Origin: Gammaproteobacteria bacterium
GTDB taxonomy: Bacteria; Pseudomonadota; Gammaproteobacteria; Eutrophobiales; Eutrophobiaceae
Assembly: GCA_965222155.1 (NCBI GenBank)
Contig: CBDCTH010000004.1
Coordinates: forward strand, 96,001-160,000
Direction: 5' to 3'
Length of the DNA stretch: 64,000 nt
The notes under the pieces are model-generated. The model made no database searches, was not told where the DNA came from, and worked only from the letters and a program-made list of their open reading frames with translations. Positions 9,966 to 20,369 of the stretch are shown in pieces. Position 1 is the first letter of the stretch. Each line of letters starts with the position of its first letter. The position numbers and the translations under genes are program-made.

Positions 9966-10426
9966 GCATTGATAAGAAGATATATGCCGATAACCAGGAT
10001 GAACTGGAACTGCTTGTGCTTGAACTCTCGGAAGTCAAAGGTATCCTGCGAGAATTATCACAACAGGTGCTACGGGTAGAAAGACGGGTAAAAGCTGCAT
10101 TGCCTGCGTCTCAAAAGCCGTCAAAATCAAATCCTCGTCAGCGGCTTGATGAAAGCGCTGCGCGCCGTACCATCAGTCGTTTGAGGGAACGCGCCAGGGG
10201 CGGAGAGCAAATCGAAAACGAGCTCAGGAACATGAAGGTTAAGGACGAACTGGCAGTTATGGCCAGGGAACTGGGGATGACAAACGCGAAGTTACCGCCA
10301 AAGGATGATCTCATCCGCCGAATTTCGACCCGGCTTCGTCAAAGCGCATCGGTTGTAAGTAGTATCCATGAAGGGGTACGAGAGGACAGTGAAAGTCTTC
10401 CTGGTGAAGACCGGGTAGATACGTGA
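9962..10426 (+). CDS. Small helical ParA partner with C-terminal Rho-N/HeH-like motif
   Basis: ATGA overlap with parA. N-terminal coiled coil; KDELAVMARELGMTNAKLPPKDDLIRRI. Confidence 0.65.
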   Translation: MSIDKKIYADNQDELELLVLELSEVKGILRELSQQVLRVERRVKAALPASQKPSKSNPRQRLDESAARRTISRLRERARGGEQIENELRNMKVKDELAVMARELGMTNAKLPPKDDLIRRISTRLRQSASVVSSIHEGVREDSESLPGEDRVDT

Positions 10427-10454
10427 GGCGATTATCGTAAATCCAAATCCAGCT

Positions 10455-10958
10455 ATGACTTGCCAAACCGGTGTAAACTTTTTATGGGGTATGGCATCAA
10501 CAGTCTTTGGAGGTGTGTTGCTTGCCATTCTCTTTTTTCTCTCAAGAGAAATATAGTTCCCGCTACCCAATGTAACTGGAAAATGGCATGTTGAAATGCG
10601 CACGTCCAAAACGGCTTACGAACCGTATGAAGGCATGGTATTGAGATATATAGCGATAGTCTGGCGCGAGGGCTCTGTTATCAAGGGTACCGTGGAGCAA
10701 GTCTATGAAAACTCTTCGACAGGCGAACGTGAATATGTGGGCAAGAACAGGACTCGTGGTCAGGTCGAGGGGCACATTGAGAAACGATATTTTTTGAAGA
10801 ACGGGGTGTCTCTACATATCGTTGAGGATGGTCACGGACGACAGTCAACATGTTTTTATGAACTTGTTGTATAGAGAAACGACCGTATGACAGGCACTTT
10901 TTTTGCGATGGCAGCAGCTTCTCAAGGTGAAGTAACTTGGCAACGAGAACCATTCTGA
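10455..10958 (+). pseudogene. Single-TM plus beta-strand-rich protein with two in-frame TAG stops
   Basis: One frame from ATG 10455 to TGA 10958, with TAG at 10554 and 10872. Confidence 0.65.
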
Positions 10959-11151
10959 AAGTTGTATGCGGTTCAGGCGCGCCGGTTGGGATGAAAGAAT
11001 CTGAGTGGGAAGATCCCTTTGTAAAAGGTGGTCCTCAGGACCTGCTTGATCAGCTTATTTCGTCTGGTTTTCCATGGGGAATGTTGGGCAAAGAAAAACG
11101 GTTGGTTTTTTATGAACCCGCTGAAGCGTCTTGCTGGTGCAATTAAATTAA

Positions 11152-12302
11152 GGAAGCTCTGATTAAGCCCCGTTTTTAAAAATATTGTCTTGTTTCAGGC
11201 AAAACCGGCGTATAACAGACCTGACAACTACGCTTTTGCATCGCTGTGAAGCGATGTTCTCATTCCCGTCCAACCTGCAGACAGATTAATCCTCATGTCT
11301 CTGCCAATGCCTGCCTGACCAGGTAGAAGTTGGCCAGGGCGAACAGGGTAAACACCTGTGCCGCATTCTTCTCCAACCCCCGATAACGCACCTTCCGATA
11401 CCCCCATAGATGCTTGACCACGCCACAGGCATGTTCCACCCGGGAGCGGGGCCGATTACTCTTCCGGTTAAACGACCGGTCCGCGTTAACGTCAGTCGCT
11501 TGCCCCGTCTCGCCTTGCGGCTCACCCGCCCGTCAATGCCCCGGGCCAACGCCGCCTGCCGGCGTGCCGCATCGGCATACGCCTTGTCGCCGTAGATGAC
11601 GCCCTCCTCACCATGCAGACAGTCCGCCATCACCACCGAATCATGCACGACGGCATGCGTCACCACCACACTATGAACCCGTCCCTGCACATCACTGCCA
11701 CTAGGTGCCTTCATGCCAAAATACCAGGCATTCCCCTTTTTCGTCTGTTTCATTTCAGTGTCCCGTTTCCTGTCCCGTTTCTTCGTCGAACTCGGCGCAT
11801 TGATAATGCTGGCATCCACAATCGTCCCTGCACTCAGCAGCAAGCCTTGTTCCGACAGATAGCGCCGGGTCAGCCGAAACAACTCCGCCGTTAGCCGGTG
11901 ACGTGCCAGACAGTGCCGGAACTTCAAAATCGTGCTCTCAGCCGGCACCGACTCCAAATCCACCCCCGCAAACCGACGCATCGACTCCACGTCATACAAA
12001 CTGTCTGCCATCCCCGGGTCACTTAACCCATACCACTGTTGCAGAAAGTAAATCCGTAACATCACCGCCGCCGGAATGGGTTGCCGGCCCTGACCGGCTT
12101 TCGGATACTTCTTCAAGATCGGCTTCAGAAGCTCCTGCCAAGGCAATATCGCATCCATCTCCCCAAGAAACCGCTCTTTGCGTGTCGTTTTCTTCTTATG
12201 CTCATAGGCCAAGTCCGAAAAACTCGATTGTTTCATACGTGTTCCCCTGATGGTTTACTTTTGCCTATGATCTCATATTATGAAGACTTGATCAGAGTTT
12301 CC
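11152..12302 (-). mobile_element. IS5 family element with TTAA target duplication
   Basis: TIRs GGAAGCTCTGATTAAG / CTTGATCAGAGTTTCC; TTAA on both sides. Confidence 0.92.
11286..12236 (-). pseudogene. IS5 transposase, frameshifted near 11495
   Basis: MKQSSFSD, GTIVDASII, YGDKAY; the RSRVEH...RYRGL C-terminus lies in another frame. Confidence 0.85.
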
Positions 12303-12523
12303 TTAAACGTTATACCTATAATCCTTTAGATAATACCGAAACAGAATATCCTGGTTTGAGGTCTAGTATCTGTCAGTCATCTGCTTGATTGGCAAGCTCC
12401 ACAATGTGCAATGTGACCGATTCTGGAAGCCAGTGTGTGTGACCGTATTGACTAGCAGCCCAGTCAGCGGGTGGCCTTGTTTCACAATTAATGGTGCATG
12501 GTATGAAAGGACGCCGATGGGAG

Positions 12524-12958
12524 TCAATGGTCGTTTGTCTGATCATCCTTCTTATCCTTTTTGTTCGTTATCAGCTGTTCCAATTCAGACTCGATGGTTG
12601 TTACGATTTTCTCAGCCATATCATAGATTTTGCCGGCTTCAGCAGCATCAATAAGCTTGCCGCTATAGTCTGCCACAAGTCTTGCATTCTCTGTTTTAGA
12701 TAAATAATCCGATATATCTAAATCTACCATGCCGGCATTGACAATATGCCGGTGAAACTGGATATTCACCCCCTTGTGTGTTTTCGGAACAGCAAGCCCC
12801 CGCGCGATCAAAGCGCTGCAAACCGCATTATAGGCAGCATAATACGCACTTGTGCATGTATCGCGATAAAAACCGTTGTCCAGCGCAGAGCGTGATGCAC
12901 CGAGACGCTCATAGGCAAGCGCCATATATTGCTCAGGCGTTAATTGCTGTTCGTCCAC
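12524..12958 (-). CDS. HEPN domain toxin
   Basis: SAYYAAYNA, PKTHKG, RLVADY. Confidence 0.88.
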   Translation of the reverse strand: MDEQQLTPEQYMALAYERLGASRSALDNGFYRDTCTSAYYAAYNAVCSALIARGLAVPKTHKGVNIQFHRHIVNAGMVDLDISDYLSKTENARLVADYSGKLIDAAEAGKIYDMAEKIVTTIESELEQLITNKKDKKDDQTNDH

Positions 12959-13350
12959 GTTATATCCACCCCGTCGGCCAGCACGTTGCGGTAGAAATCA
13001 GGATTGCGTTGTTTACTCGGTTGGCGCAGTTCGTCTTCCCAGACGACAAAGGCTTCCACGTACATCGGGTTGTCCATCCCCATCATGATTCTGGACCTGA
13101 CCACAGCCAATTGCATCATGAGATCAAAGAAGGTGCCATCGCCCGGATCTGAACCGGACAACACCACCGCGATATCCACGTCGCTGTCCGTCTGATGGTC
13201 GCCGCGGGCGCGGCTGCCGTACAGCAGCACCTTAGAGATGCTAGGCAACTCAAGATCATGAAGGCGAGTCATGAATAATTTAACGGCCTGTCTCGTGTCG
13301 GGAGACAGTACATCATCAGGCCTTGCAGCATTGGTCAGTGTTGTCTCCAT
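12940..13350 (-). CDS. Minimal nucleotidyltransferase (MNT) antitoxin
   Basis: LLYGSRARGDHQTDSDVDIAV, overlapping the HEPN gene. Confidence 0.9.
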   Translation of the reverse strand: METTLTNAARPDDVLSPDTRQAVKLFMTRLHDLELPSISKVLLYGSRARGDHQTDSDVDIAVVLSGSDPGDGTFFDLMMQLAVVRSRIMMGMDNPMYVEAFVVWEDELRQPSKQRNPDFYRNVLADGVDITWTNSN

Positions 13351-13544
13351 TATGGGTGTATTATACCTGACCGTTCGGAATTTTTGGAAATACGGCTGCC
13401 TGCCGTCCCGTCAACTGGAAGATTCGGGATTCCTGATGATCGATGTTCTCCTGCAAAATCGGCTGATAATTCCGTCAAAGTAGTTATCAGCCTGGTGCAA
13501 GCCGAATGTCAGAACGCCGTATTGGTATAATCGATATAGATCCG

Positions 13545-13789
13545 CATCCAGGGTCAGACCAGTATAAAAAGTATAACTGTTTGATTTTAATTGATAATCC
13601 GTCTGTACATGACCTTTTCCAATCGTTAGAACACGCGTTTTATTACAAAAAAAGACATTGTAAGAAATGTCACTTGCTTAACATGATATTTTCCGCCGTG
13701 AAAACCCTGTTCTAATCCTTAAAACAGCGCGCTATTGAGAATTTTATCCTCTATAATCATAGAGTTATATTGGTCCGACCCCCTCGTAT
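13545..13789. mobile_element. ~250-bp MITE/REPIN-like element, copy 2
   Basis: Near-identical to copy 1; terminal CCCCTCGTAT duplicated to 13799. Confidence 0.85.
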
Positions 13790-14052
13790 CCCCTCGTATG
13801 TACCTCTAAGGGGGGTGGCTTTGTAAAACGCTTGTTGAGTACACCTGCTCTCTAACTCAAATTTTGTTGATTTTAGTTTTATTAAAATTTTTCATTAGTG
13901 TCCCAAGAATTAATCGAATAAATTCAACTGGTTAAGTATATCATGGCGGTCTGTTTTGTAATCGGTCTGCGTAAGTAATTGATACAGAGGTACTTTTTCA
14001 AACAGGGTCAGGCTTAAAACCTGTAACATTGTGTAGAGTTCTGCAATTCAGC

Positions 14053-14213
14053 AATTCAGGGGACACAATAATTAATTATCGCCGTCACAAAAGAAAACAT
14101 CCCGACGGCGGTTCTCCCGTTGCGTCATGTAGTGGGGATACTCAGGTAGAACGATCATTGCCAGCCTTGACATATTGGCAGTATTCCAGAATTAAGTATT
14201 GTGTCCCCAGAAC
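14053..14213. repeat. Inverted REP-like pair (GGGGACACAATA.TTAATT / AATTAAGTATTGTGTCCCC)
   Basis: The same motif pair recurs at 29256-29426 and 38657-38760 with different interiors. Confidence 0.8.
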
Positions 14214-14258
14214 TCCTATTGTTTAACGTGGGGCCGTCAGCTATACTTGTCATACCCC

Positions 14259-14729
14259 ATGACCTCACCGGATATTTTATCACCTGATGTACTGGGTTAC
14301 GACCCGCGTCCCGACCAGCACGATTGGCGCGGCACGCCCATTCCCAAGGTAAACAATCCTTTGCCCGCCACCCCCGAACTGGTGGAGATTGCGGACAAGA
14401 TGTGGTGGAACGGGGACCCCTGGACCATCCTGCGCAACCGGGTTGTCTTTCTCCGCCACGCGCTGGATTATGCCTTGGAGGGGCACTGCGAGTTCCTGTG
14501 GCGGACAATCCCGCGCGAGGACTGGGTGCATATGCTCACCACAGCAAGGCCCGGCCAGGTGTCCATGCGCTCCTGGAAGTACTGGTCCTGGCGCGCGGGC
14601 CTGCTGGATGAGCGTCTTCGCATCCCCGAAGAATGGCACCAGCCCAGACATATCATAGACCTGATATATAACAATCAACAGACCTGGGCTGACATAAAAC
14701 AGGAATTGCTTTCCAGTGAAAGTGGCTGA
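14259..14729 (+). CDS. Hypothetical Trp-rich protein, probable partner of the downstream AbiEii-like gene
   Basis: Overlaps the start of the AbiEii-like gene. Confidence 0.6.
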   Translation: MTSPDILSPDVLGYDPRPDQHDWRGTPIPKVNNPLPATPELVEIADKMWWNGDPWTILRNRVVFLRHALDYALEGHCEFLWRTIPREDWVHMLTTARPGQVSMRSWKYWSWRAGLLDERLRIPEEWHQPRHIIDLIYNNQQTWADIKQELLSSESG

Positions 14730-15450
14730 TATAAATTTAGAGCCTGTTCATATGGATTTCATGGATCAGGACATGATTGATTTGTGGGAGAGGATGGTAG
14801 CCCACGATCTGAAAACATATCGGCTCTACGGCGGCACGGCGCTCGCCATGTACTTGAATCACAGAAATTCTACGGATTTCGATTTCTTCCGGGACGGTTC
14901 GGTGACAAAAGCCGAGATTGAAAAATTCACATGGCTGAGAGGCGCACAATTCAGAGGGACCAGTGGCATGGTGGATGCCATGATGCCGGCCTCAAAAAGA
15001 AGTATCACAATAAATTTCATTAGCACAAGATCATTTAATGGCATCCCCCCCACACAGAGTCCGATACGTGCGGCAAATGGCATATTTGTGGCGCATCCCG
15101 TTGATATTCTGACCGGGAAGCTGTCTGCCATGTCACGACGAAAAGAAGTACGTGATTTTATTGATATTGCCAGCGCGCACGATGTTATCCCAGACATGCT
15201 GCAAGATGCAATTGATGTCTATTTGCAGGATTCTATGACACAGGAGGCGTCACGCAGGGAACTGGCCAAAACTATCATAGCTTGCCCACAGGCTGTCGAA
15301 TACGAACTGTCTGATCAGTTATTGAAATCGCTGAGCGCATTGACAGAGTCTCTCAGCGCACCTGAAGATGGCAATGGCAGGGGGCGCAAAAACGTTCACG
15401 CTTCGTCAAAGAACGCCGATAAAACGACAAAAAGGACTGATCGTCGTTAA
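14716..15450 (+). CDS. AbiEii/AbiGii nucleotidyltransferase toxin
   Basis: LYGGTALAMYLNHRNSTDFDFF, K...R...RDFID. Confidence 0.88.
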   Translation: MKVADINLEPVHMDFMDQDMIDLWERMVAHDLKTYRLYGGTALAMYLNHRNSTDFDFFRDGSVTKAEIEKFTWLRGAQFRGTSGMVDAMMPASKRSITINFISTRSFNGIPPTQSPIRAANGIFVAHPVDILTGKLSAMSRRKEVRDFIDIASAHDVIPDMLQDAIDVYLQDSMTQEASRRELAKTIIACPQAVEYELSDQLLKSLSALTESLSAPEDGNGRGRKNVHASSKNADKTTKRTDRR

Positions 15451-15885
15451 TGCGCTCTGCGCGCGTAAGTAAAACTAGTCAAAGACGTTCCATGTGTTCA
15501 GGTACAGTGTAAAATACCAGTCAGTTACAGAGTTTATCCCCAATGAAACGGAACGTCTTTACTGCCGCCTGTGCCGCATTCAAAACATACGTGCGTGGGT
15601 TACCCTGCCTGAACACGCGTATTTTTGATATCGATGAGTTCCTTTTCAGCCCCGAAATACAATATCGCCAAGGGGGGGTCAAGGGGGAGATGCCCCCTTG
15701 CCCGACCTTTTGAGGCACGATAAAGGTTTACCGGGCTTTGGCGGGGCGAACGGAGTGAGGCACGGCGACACAGCTGAGCTGAGGACTGGCGGTGTTTTTT
15801 CCGACTTCAACGGTGTAGAGCGCCCGGAAGGGCTGAAAATTCCTTATAAATCAAAGCGGGTTTTAGGGCAGGTTGTTGTAGTGCC

Positions 15886-16182
15886 TAGTGCTATGTCATA
15901 ATTAAAAGTTATAGAACATAATGTCCTTATCTGCAATACTATCAGGCACTCACTCTGACCGACAGCGAGGTGCATGGTATGCACAAGAAATATATCGTTC
16001 GGCTCACCGACGCAGAACGCGCGATTTGTCGCGAGACGATTCACCGACTCAAGGGGAGCAGCGAGAAAGTGCGGCGTGCGCAGATGTTGTTGAAGGCGGA
16101 TGTCGACGGGCCGGGCTGGAGCGACCGGCAGATTGCCGAGGCGTTCGGCTGTCGCACGAAGACGGTGGAGAATCTGCGTCGG
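15886..16182 (+). pseudogene. IS630 family left end and transposase HTH fragment
   Basis: TAGTGCTATGTCATAATTAA end; MHKKYIVRLTDAER...RRAQMLLKAD...WSDRQIAEA. Confidence 0.8.
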
Positions 16183-16242
16183 GGTGTTCGGTCAGCACGA
16201 CCTTTGCCGGCCCGAATCCCGGAACGTTCTGCACCATGTAAA

Positions 16243-16276
16243 CCGGAATCAGTGTTCACCTTCACCGGAATACGCA
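16243..16276. mobile_element. Orphan IS21-family terminal repeat
   Basis: Reverse complement TGCGTATTCCGGTGAAGGTGAACACTGATTCCGG matches the end at 22109. Confidence 0.75.
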
Positions 16277-16993
16277 GTCCTGGCGGTAGAAGTCGCTCAG
16301 GCGCCTGTAGACGGCAGGGTAGGCGCTGTCAAGTACAGCTGGCGCATCAAAAAAATACTCGCTGGTAACAGCGAAGAACTCAGCAGGGTCCTCGGCGGCG
16401 TACTCGTCTATCACCAGCGTCTCGCCGGCATCGATACGGCGGTTCATATCCTCGAAAGCCGCGCCGAAGTCCCGGTTCCAGGCTTCGAGGTCCATACCCC
16501 GGTGCAGCGACGGGCAGCCGTTTGCCCCACCATGCAACATGTCAAGTTTGTGAGCCATCTCATGGATTATGACGTTATAACCCTCGCCCTGCCCTGAGGC
16601 TGCGATATCTTCCCAGGAAAGGATAACCGGGCCACACAACCAGGCCTCGCCGGCTCGGGCTTCCTCCCACTCATGTTCAACGCCAGCCTCATCCATCTCG
16701 TATTCCCGCGCGACAAAGCTGCCGGGATAGACTACGATACTATGCCACGAACTGTAGGCGCCAAGACCAGGAACAAGAACAGGCAGACAGGCCTGGGCCG
16801 CGATCACAACCAGGTCCAGCGCATCAAGGCACTGTCCGCGTACCGGTTCGATGGACTTGCCGGCGATAAAACGAGCGGAAAGTTCCCGCAACCTGGCGCG
16901 TTCGCTTGCATCCAGCGGTGCAAGCGCAGGAAGGGCGTCAAGCGCCGCTCTCCATACGGATTCATCAATTGGTTTTTGCCGATGCGGCCACAT
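16262..16993 (-). CDS. mtfA: M90 family zinc peptidase (MtfA-like); last codons supplied by the IS21 end
   Basis: IAAQACLP, GEAW..GPVILSW, HEMAHKLD, YAAEDPAEFFAV.SE. Confidence 0.9.
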   Translation of the reverse strand: MWPHRQKPIDESVWRAALDALPALAPLDASERARLRELSARFIAGKSIEPVRGQCLDALDLVVIAAQACLPVLVPGLGAYSSWHSIVVYPGSFVAREYEMDEAGVEHEWEEARAGEAWLCGPVILSWEDIAASGQGEGYNVIIHEMAHKLDMLHGGANGCPSLHRGMDLEAWNRDFGAAFEDMNRRIDAGETLVIDEYAAEDPAEFFAVTSEYFFDAPAVLDSAYPAVYRRLSDFYRQDCVFR

Positions 16994-17331
16994 AAGCGAT
17001 CACAATACAGGTTCCCAAAAGTCAATATAGCATCGTTTCCAGCAGGTGTTCCCGCTAACTTCCCGGGGGCGCGGGCGTCCGCCCGCATGGCGTGCTGGAC
17101 GTGCCCCACGACTCCCGCCAACTGGTGATCAGCTACTCCCCGGTACGGGCCGAGAAAGACCGCCACGACCGGGACAAGGCCCTCAGCAAACTGCTCCGGC
17201 ACACCTTACGAACTCAAATAATTCCCTGCCTTCCTGCTTTGAACATAGGGCATTTGTAGTGCCTACGGGCAAACTCGTCTTCAACAAAATCAATCAGTTA
17301 GAAAAATAAACCGTCGAAGTCGGGATGTTTA

Positions 17332-18144
17332 TCAGACATCCACCCAAGAGTGATCTGTTTCATAGCCCAGATCTATCAGCGCATGACCGGCATAATGATC
17401 GAATACTTCCCGTGCTTCCCGCGTAAAATGGTTCTTCCAGTCCCCGACGATGCCTTTACGGACAAAGCAGTGAGCATTTTCCTCGCCAGGTTTGCGGCCC
17501 GTGACGTTCTCAAATGAGAATTTTGAAATACATGAGACAAGTTTCTCATCATCGATCTTTTGCTCCGAGATATATTGAAGAATCTTTTTCATCTCGCGTC
17601 TGGGATTTTCCCTCATTGCCTCATAGCTGGTCTTCACGCATCCTGTCCGGTTCTTCCACGTTTCGATAAAACTTGTCCATGTCATATGGAGTGGGGGCCC
17701 ATCAGTGAAACAATACTCGATGTATCTCGGTAAGTAGCGTTGTACGTCGCGCGGGTCTTTGATACCGAGTCGTTGCTGCTGCTCTTCTGCCCAGCCCCGC
17801 ATCGTCGTTCTTCTATGAAACAGATGATAGTAATAGTGTGATACGATTACGTCTCTCCCGTCGCGCCACATAACGATAGTATCATTGGCACTGTCGACGT
17901 AGAGGTAATGACCATGCAGTATGCACCGGCGCCGTGTCGGTAAATGATCGCGCGGATTGGGCATGTCCATATATTCGGCTACCATCTGGCTCACCCAGGT
18001 TCCGCCTGACTTGGGGTGTTCGGTCAGTACAATCTTCGGAGGACCAAAACCCGGAATATTGTGTACCATGGCGCGCTTGATCAGTATGTTCAGTCTACGC
18101 CACCAGAGAGTGTTTTTCCGGTCGCCTATCACCCTGCACCCCAA
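17332..18144 (-). CDS. Sulfotransferase domain protein
   Basis: PKSGGTW, RDGRDVIVS, RKGIVGDWKNHF; exact start uncertain. Confidence 0.88.
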   Translation of the reverse strand: MGCRVIGDRKNTLWWRRLNILIKRAMVHNIPGFGPPKIVLTEHPKSGGTWVSQMVAEYMDMPNPRDHLPTRRRCILHGHYLYVDSANDTIVMWRDGRDVIVSHYYYHLFHRRTTMRGWAEEQQQRLGIKDPRDVQRYLPRYIEYCFTDGPPLHMTWTSFIETWKNRTGCVKTSYEAMRENPRREMKKILQYISEQKIDDEKLVSCISKFSFENVTGRKPGEENAHCFVRKGIVGDWKNHFTREAREVFDHYAGHALIDLGYETDHSWVDV

Positions 18145-18431
18145 ACTTTGATGCGTTTAAGAATTTTACTGTCTCCTACTATATAAATATTTACAATCGA
18201 TACGACGCAGCCAATGCGATTACGTTCTTCTCTCTATGGCCACACTGCATCGCTACAACTCTTTTATTGTTGATGGCGCAGATTTTACCGCATAAAACAT
18301 ACCTGATAAATCGCTGATATATGATTATTTTCAACACAGCATTGCACTTTATTCATTCTTCCTTACGCCATATGAAAAGCCGTTGTCAGCGGCTGATATA
18401 ATCCGGCTTTAACAGCAACCCCGGAAGAACA

Positions 18432-19342
18432 TTGAAACAAAATAAAATGGCTGATTTTCTCGTTGTCGGCGCCGCTCAGTCAGGGACAACGACATTGTTC
18501 GAGATTCTCCGTGAGCATCCCCGAATTTTTATGCCTCAGCGCAAGGAATCTCGATATTTTTCTTGTATGCCGAGAGATATTGCGGGGCCAAGGACAGTAT
18601 CACCGATTGATAATCCTCAAACTTTAGATGAATATAAAAAACTATTTATAAATGCAAAACCCGACCAACTCAGTGGGGATATATCACCTGATTACCTGTA
18701 TCATTGCCAAGTTTCAGTTCCTAAAATTCTTAACGAAATCAATGCGCAGATACCGATTATTATTATTTTGCGAAATCCCGTTGAAAGGGCTTATTCGAAC
18801 TACCTCCACCATGTGCGCGACGGTTGGGAGAATTTGAGTTTTGAGGATGCTCTGGATGCGGAGGAGCAACGTCGTACAGCAAATTGGGCTTGGGGGTGGA
18901 ATTACGTCGGCGTCGGATTATACGCCGAACAGGTCAAAGCCTATCTGGACAATTTTGAACGAGTGTTGTTGCTTCTGTTTGAAGAAGACATCGTAACGGG
19001 CCTGGCAACGGACAAGGTGTTGGATTTTCTGAACATCGGACCCTTCCAGGCAGGCCCCGGTAAAGTTCATGCAAACATTTCGGATATCCGCAAAATCGCC
19101 TCTTGCACTGGATTATGACGGACAAACTGGTTGTCAGAAAAGTCAAGAATGCGGTCAAGACAACGCCTTTGTATGCCTGCTCAAAGCAGATATACCGGAA
19201 AGTGATGGAGGCGAACCTTAAGAAAGAGGAAATGGCCCCGCACACCAGGCAGATGCTCAAAGAGAAGTTTCAGGATGATGTTGCCCTGCTGGCCGAGTAC
19301 ACCGGACTTCCGGTGCAGAAGTTCTGGGCGGATTTTCAATGA
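18432..19342 (+). pseudogene. Sulfotransferase, frameshifted near 19083
   Basis: GAAQSGTT, KE..YF, LRNPVERAYS; C-terminus continues in ORF 19103-19342. Confidence 0.8.
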
Positions 19343-19372
19343 GATAAGTCTTGTAACCGAAGTCGCCCAGGG

Positions 19373-19759
19373 TTACCAAAGTCGGCGAACGCCGTATCGG
19401 TCGAACGGCGTTTCAATCGAGATTAAGACAAGGTTGCGTGCAAGCGCCTGTGATATGAGCATTCTATCGAACGGGTCGCGTAGAGGGCCAGGCAGTTCGC
19501 CGGCGCGTCCGGCGTCATCCACGCTAACCGCCAGTTCCTCAAAACCCTGACTGGCAATGGTGCCTGCAATGTCTTGGGCGACCATTTCAGCGCCTTGAAG
19601 TTTACCGAGGCGATGCTTGGTTGCTATCTCCCAGGCAGAGGCTGCGCTCACCAGTACGTCGTTTGCTTCATCCGCAATCGCCTGGCGGGCTGATTGCGAC
19701 AGCTTTTCGCTTCCGGCAAGCCACCACAGGAATGCGTGGGTGTCGAGCAAAAGTTGCAA
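19373..19759 (-). CDS. vapC: VapC PIN toxin
   Basis: LLLDTHAFLWW, SAASAWEI, DPFDRML. Confidence 0.92.
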   Translation of the reverse strand: MQLLLDTHAFLWWLAGSEKLSQSARQAIADEANDVLVSAASAWEIATKHRLGKLQGAEMVAQDIAGTIASQGFEELAVSVDDAGRAGELPGPLRDPFDRMLISQALARNLVLISIETPFDRYGVRRLW

Positions 19760-19762
19760 TGC

Positions 19763-19993
19763 TCACGTATTCCAGGCAGTCAGTTCCGCTTCCGGAAGCG
19801 GATCAAAAAAGTTGTCGTCAATCGAGACCTGCCCTGCGAGGGAACCGAATTCACGCTTGCCGCGGCTATTGCAACTCACGAGCCGAGCTACCGGTTTGCC
19901 GTTACGGGCTATGACGACCTCCTGGCCGTCCTCGACTTGCGCGAGCAAACGCGACAATTGGGTCTTTGCTTCATGTACATTCACTAAAGGCAT
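19763..19993 (-). CDS. Phd/YefM antitoxin
   Basis: VNVHEAKTQLSRLL, VVIARNGKPVARL. Confidence 0.92.
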   Translation of the reverse strand: MPLVNVHEAKTQLSRLLAQVEDGQEVVIARNGKPVARLVSCNSRGKREFGSLAGQVSIDDNFFDPLPEAELTAWNT

Positions 19994-20104
19994 CGCCGGT
20001 TCCTTGATATAACAGTTAGCTAATTATATGACTAAGAGCTATAATGTGTCAAGCGGCCTGAGAGAATTCACTCCGTTTGTCAGAACTCTTGGGAAAGACT
20101 TGTT

Positions 20105-20359
20105 CATCCAGGGTCAGACCAGTATAAAAACTATAACTGTTTGATTTTAATTGATAATCCGTCTGTACATGACCTTTTCCAATCGTTAGAACACGCGTTT
20201 TATTACGAAAAAAGACATTGTAAGAAATGTCACTTGCTTAACATGATATTTTCCGCCGTGAAAACCCTGTTCTAATCCTTAAAACAGCGCGCTATTGAGA
20301 ATTTTATCCTCTATAATCATTGAGTTATATTGAGTTATATTGGTCCGACCCCCTCGTAT
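20105..20359. mobile_element. ~250-bp MITE/REPIN-like element, copy 3
   Basis: Near-identical to copies 1 and 2; internal TGAGTTATAT duplication. Confidence 0.85.
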
Positions 20360-20369
20360 CGCGTAGTGA

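Noticed and set aside
13506-13715. 69-aa ORF inside MITE copy 2
   Set aside because: Its start lies outside the repeat and is not shared by the other copies.
15500-15885. Possible IS or gene remnants
   Set aside because: No motif I could assign with confidence.
1046-20359. CRISPR array or integron attC array
   Set aside because: The repeats are 250 bp and kilobases apart, with no regular spacers, cas genes or intI, and no clear attC core sites.
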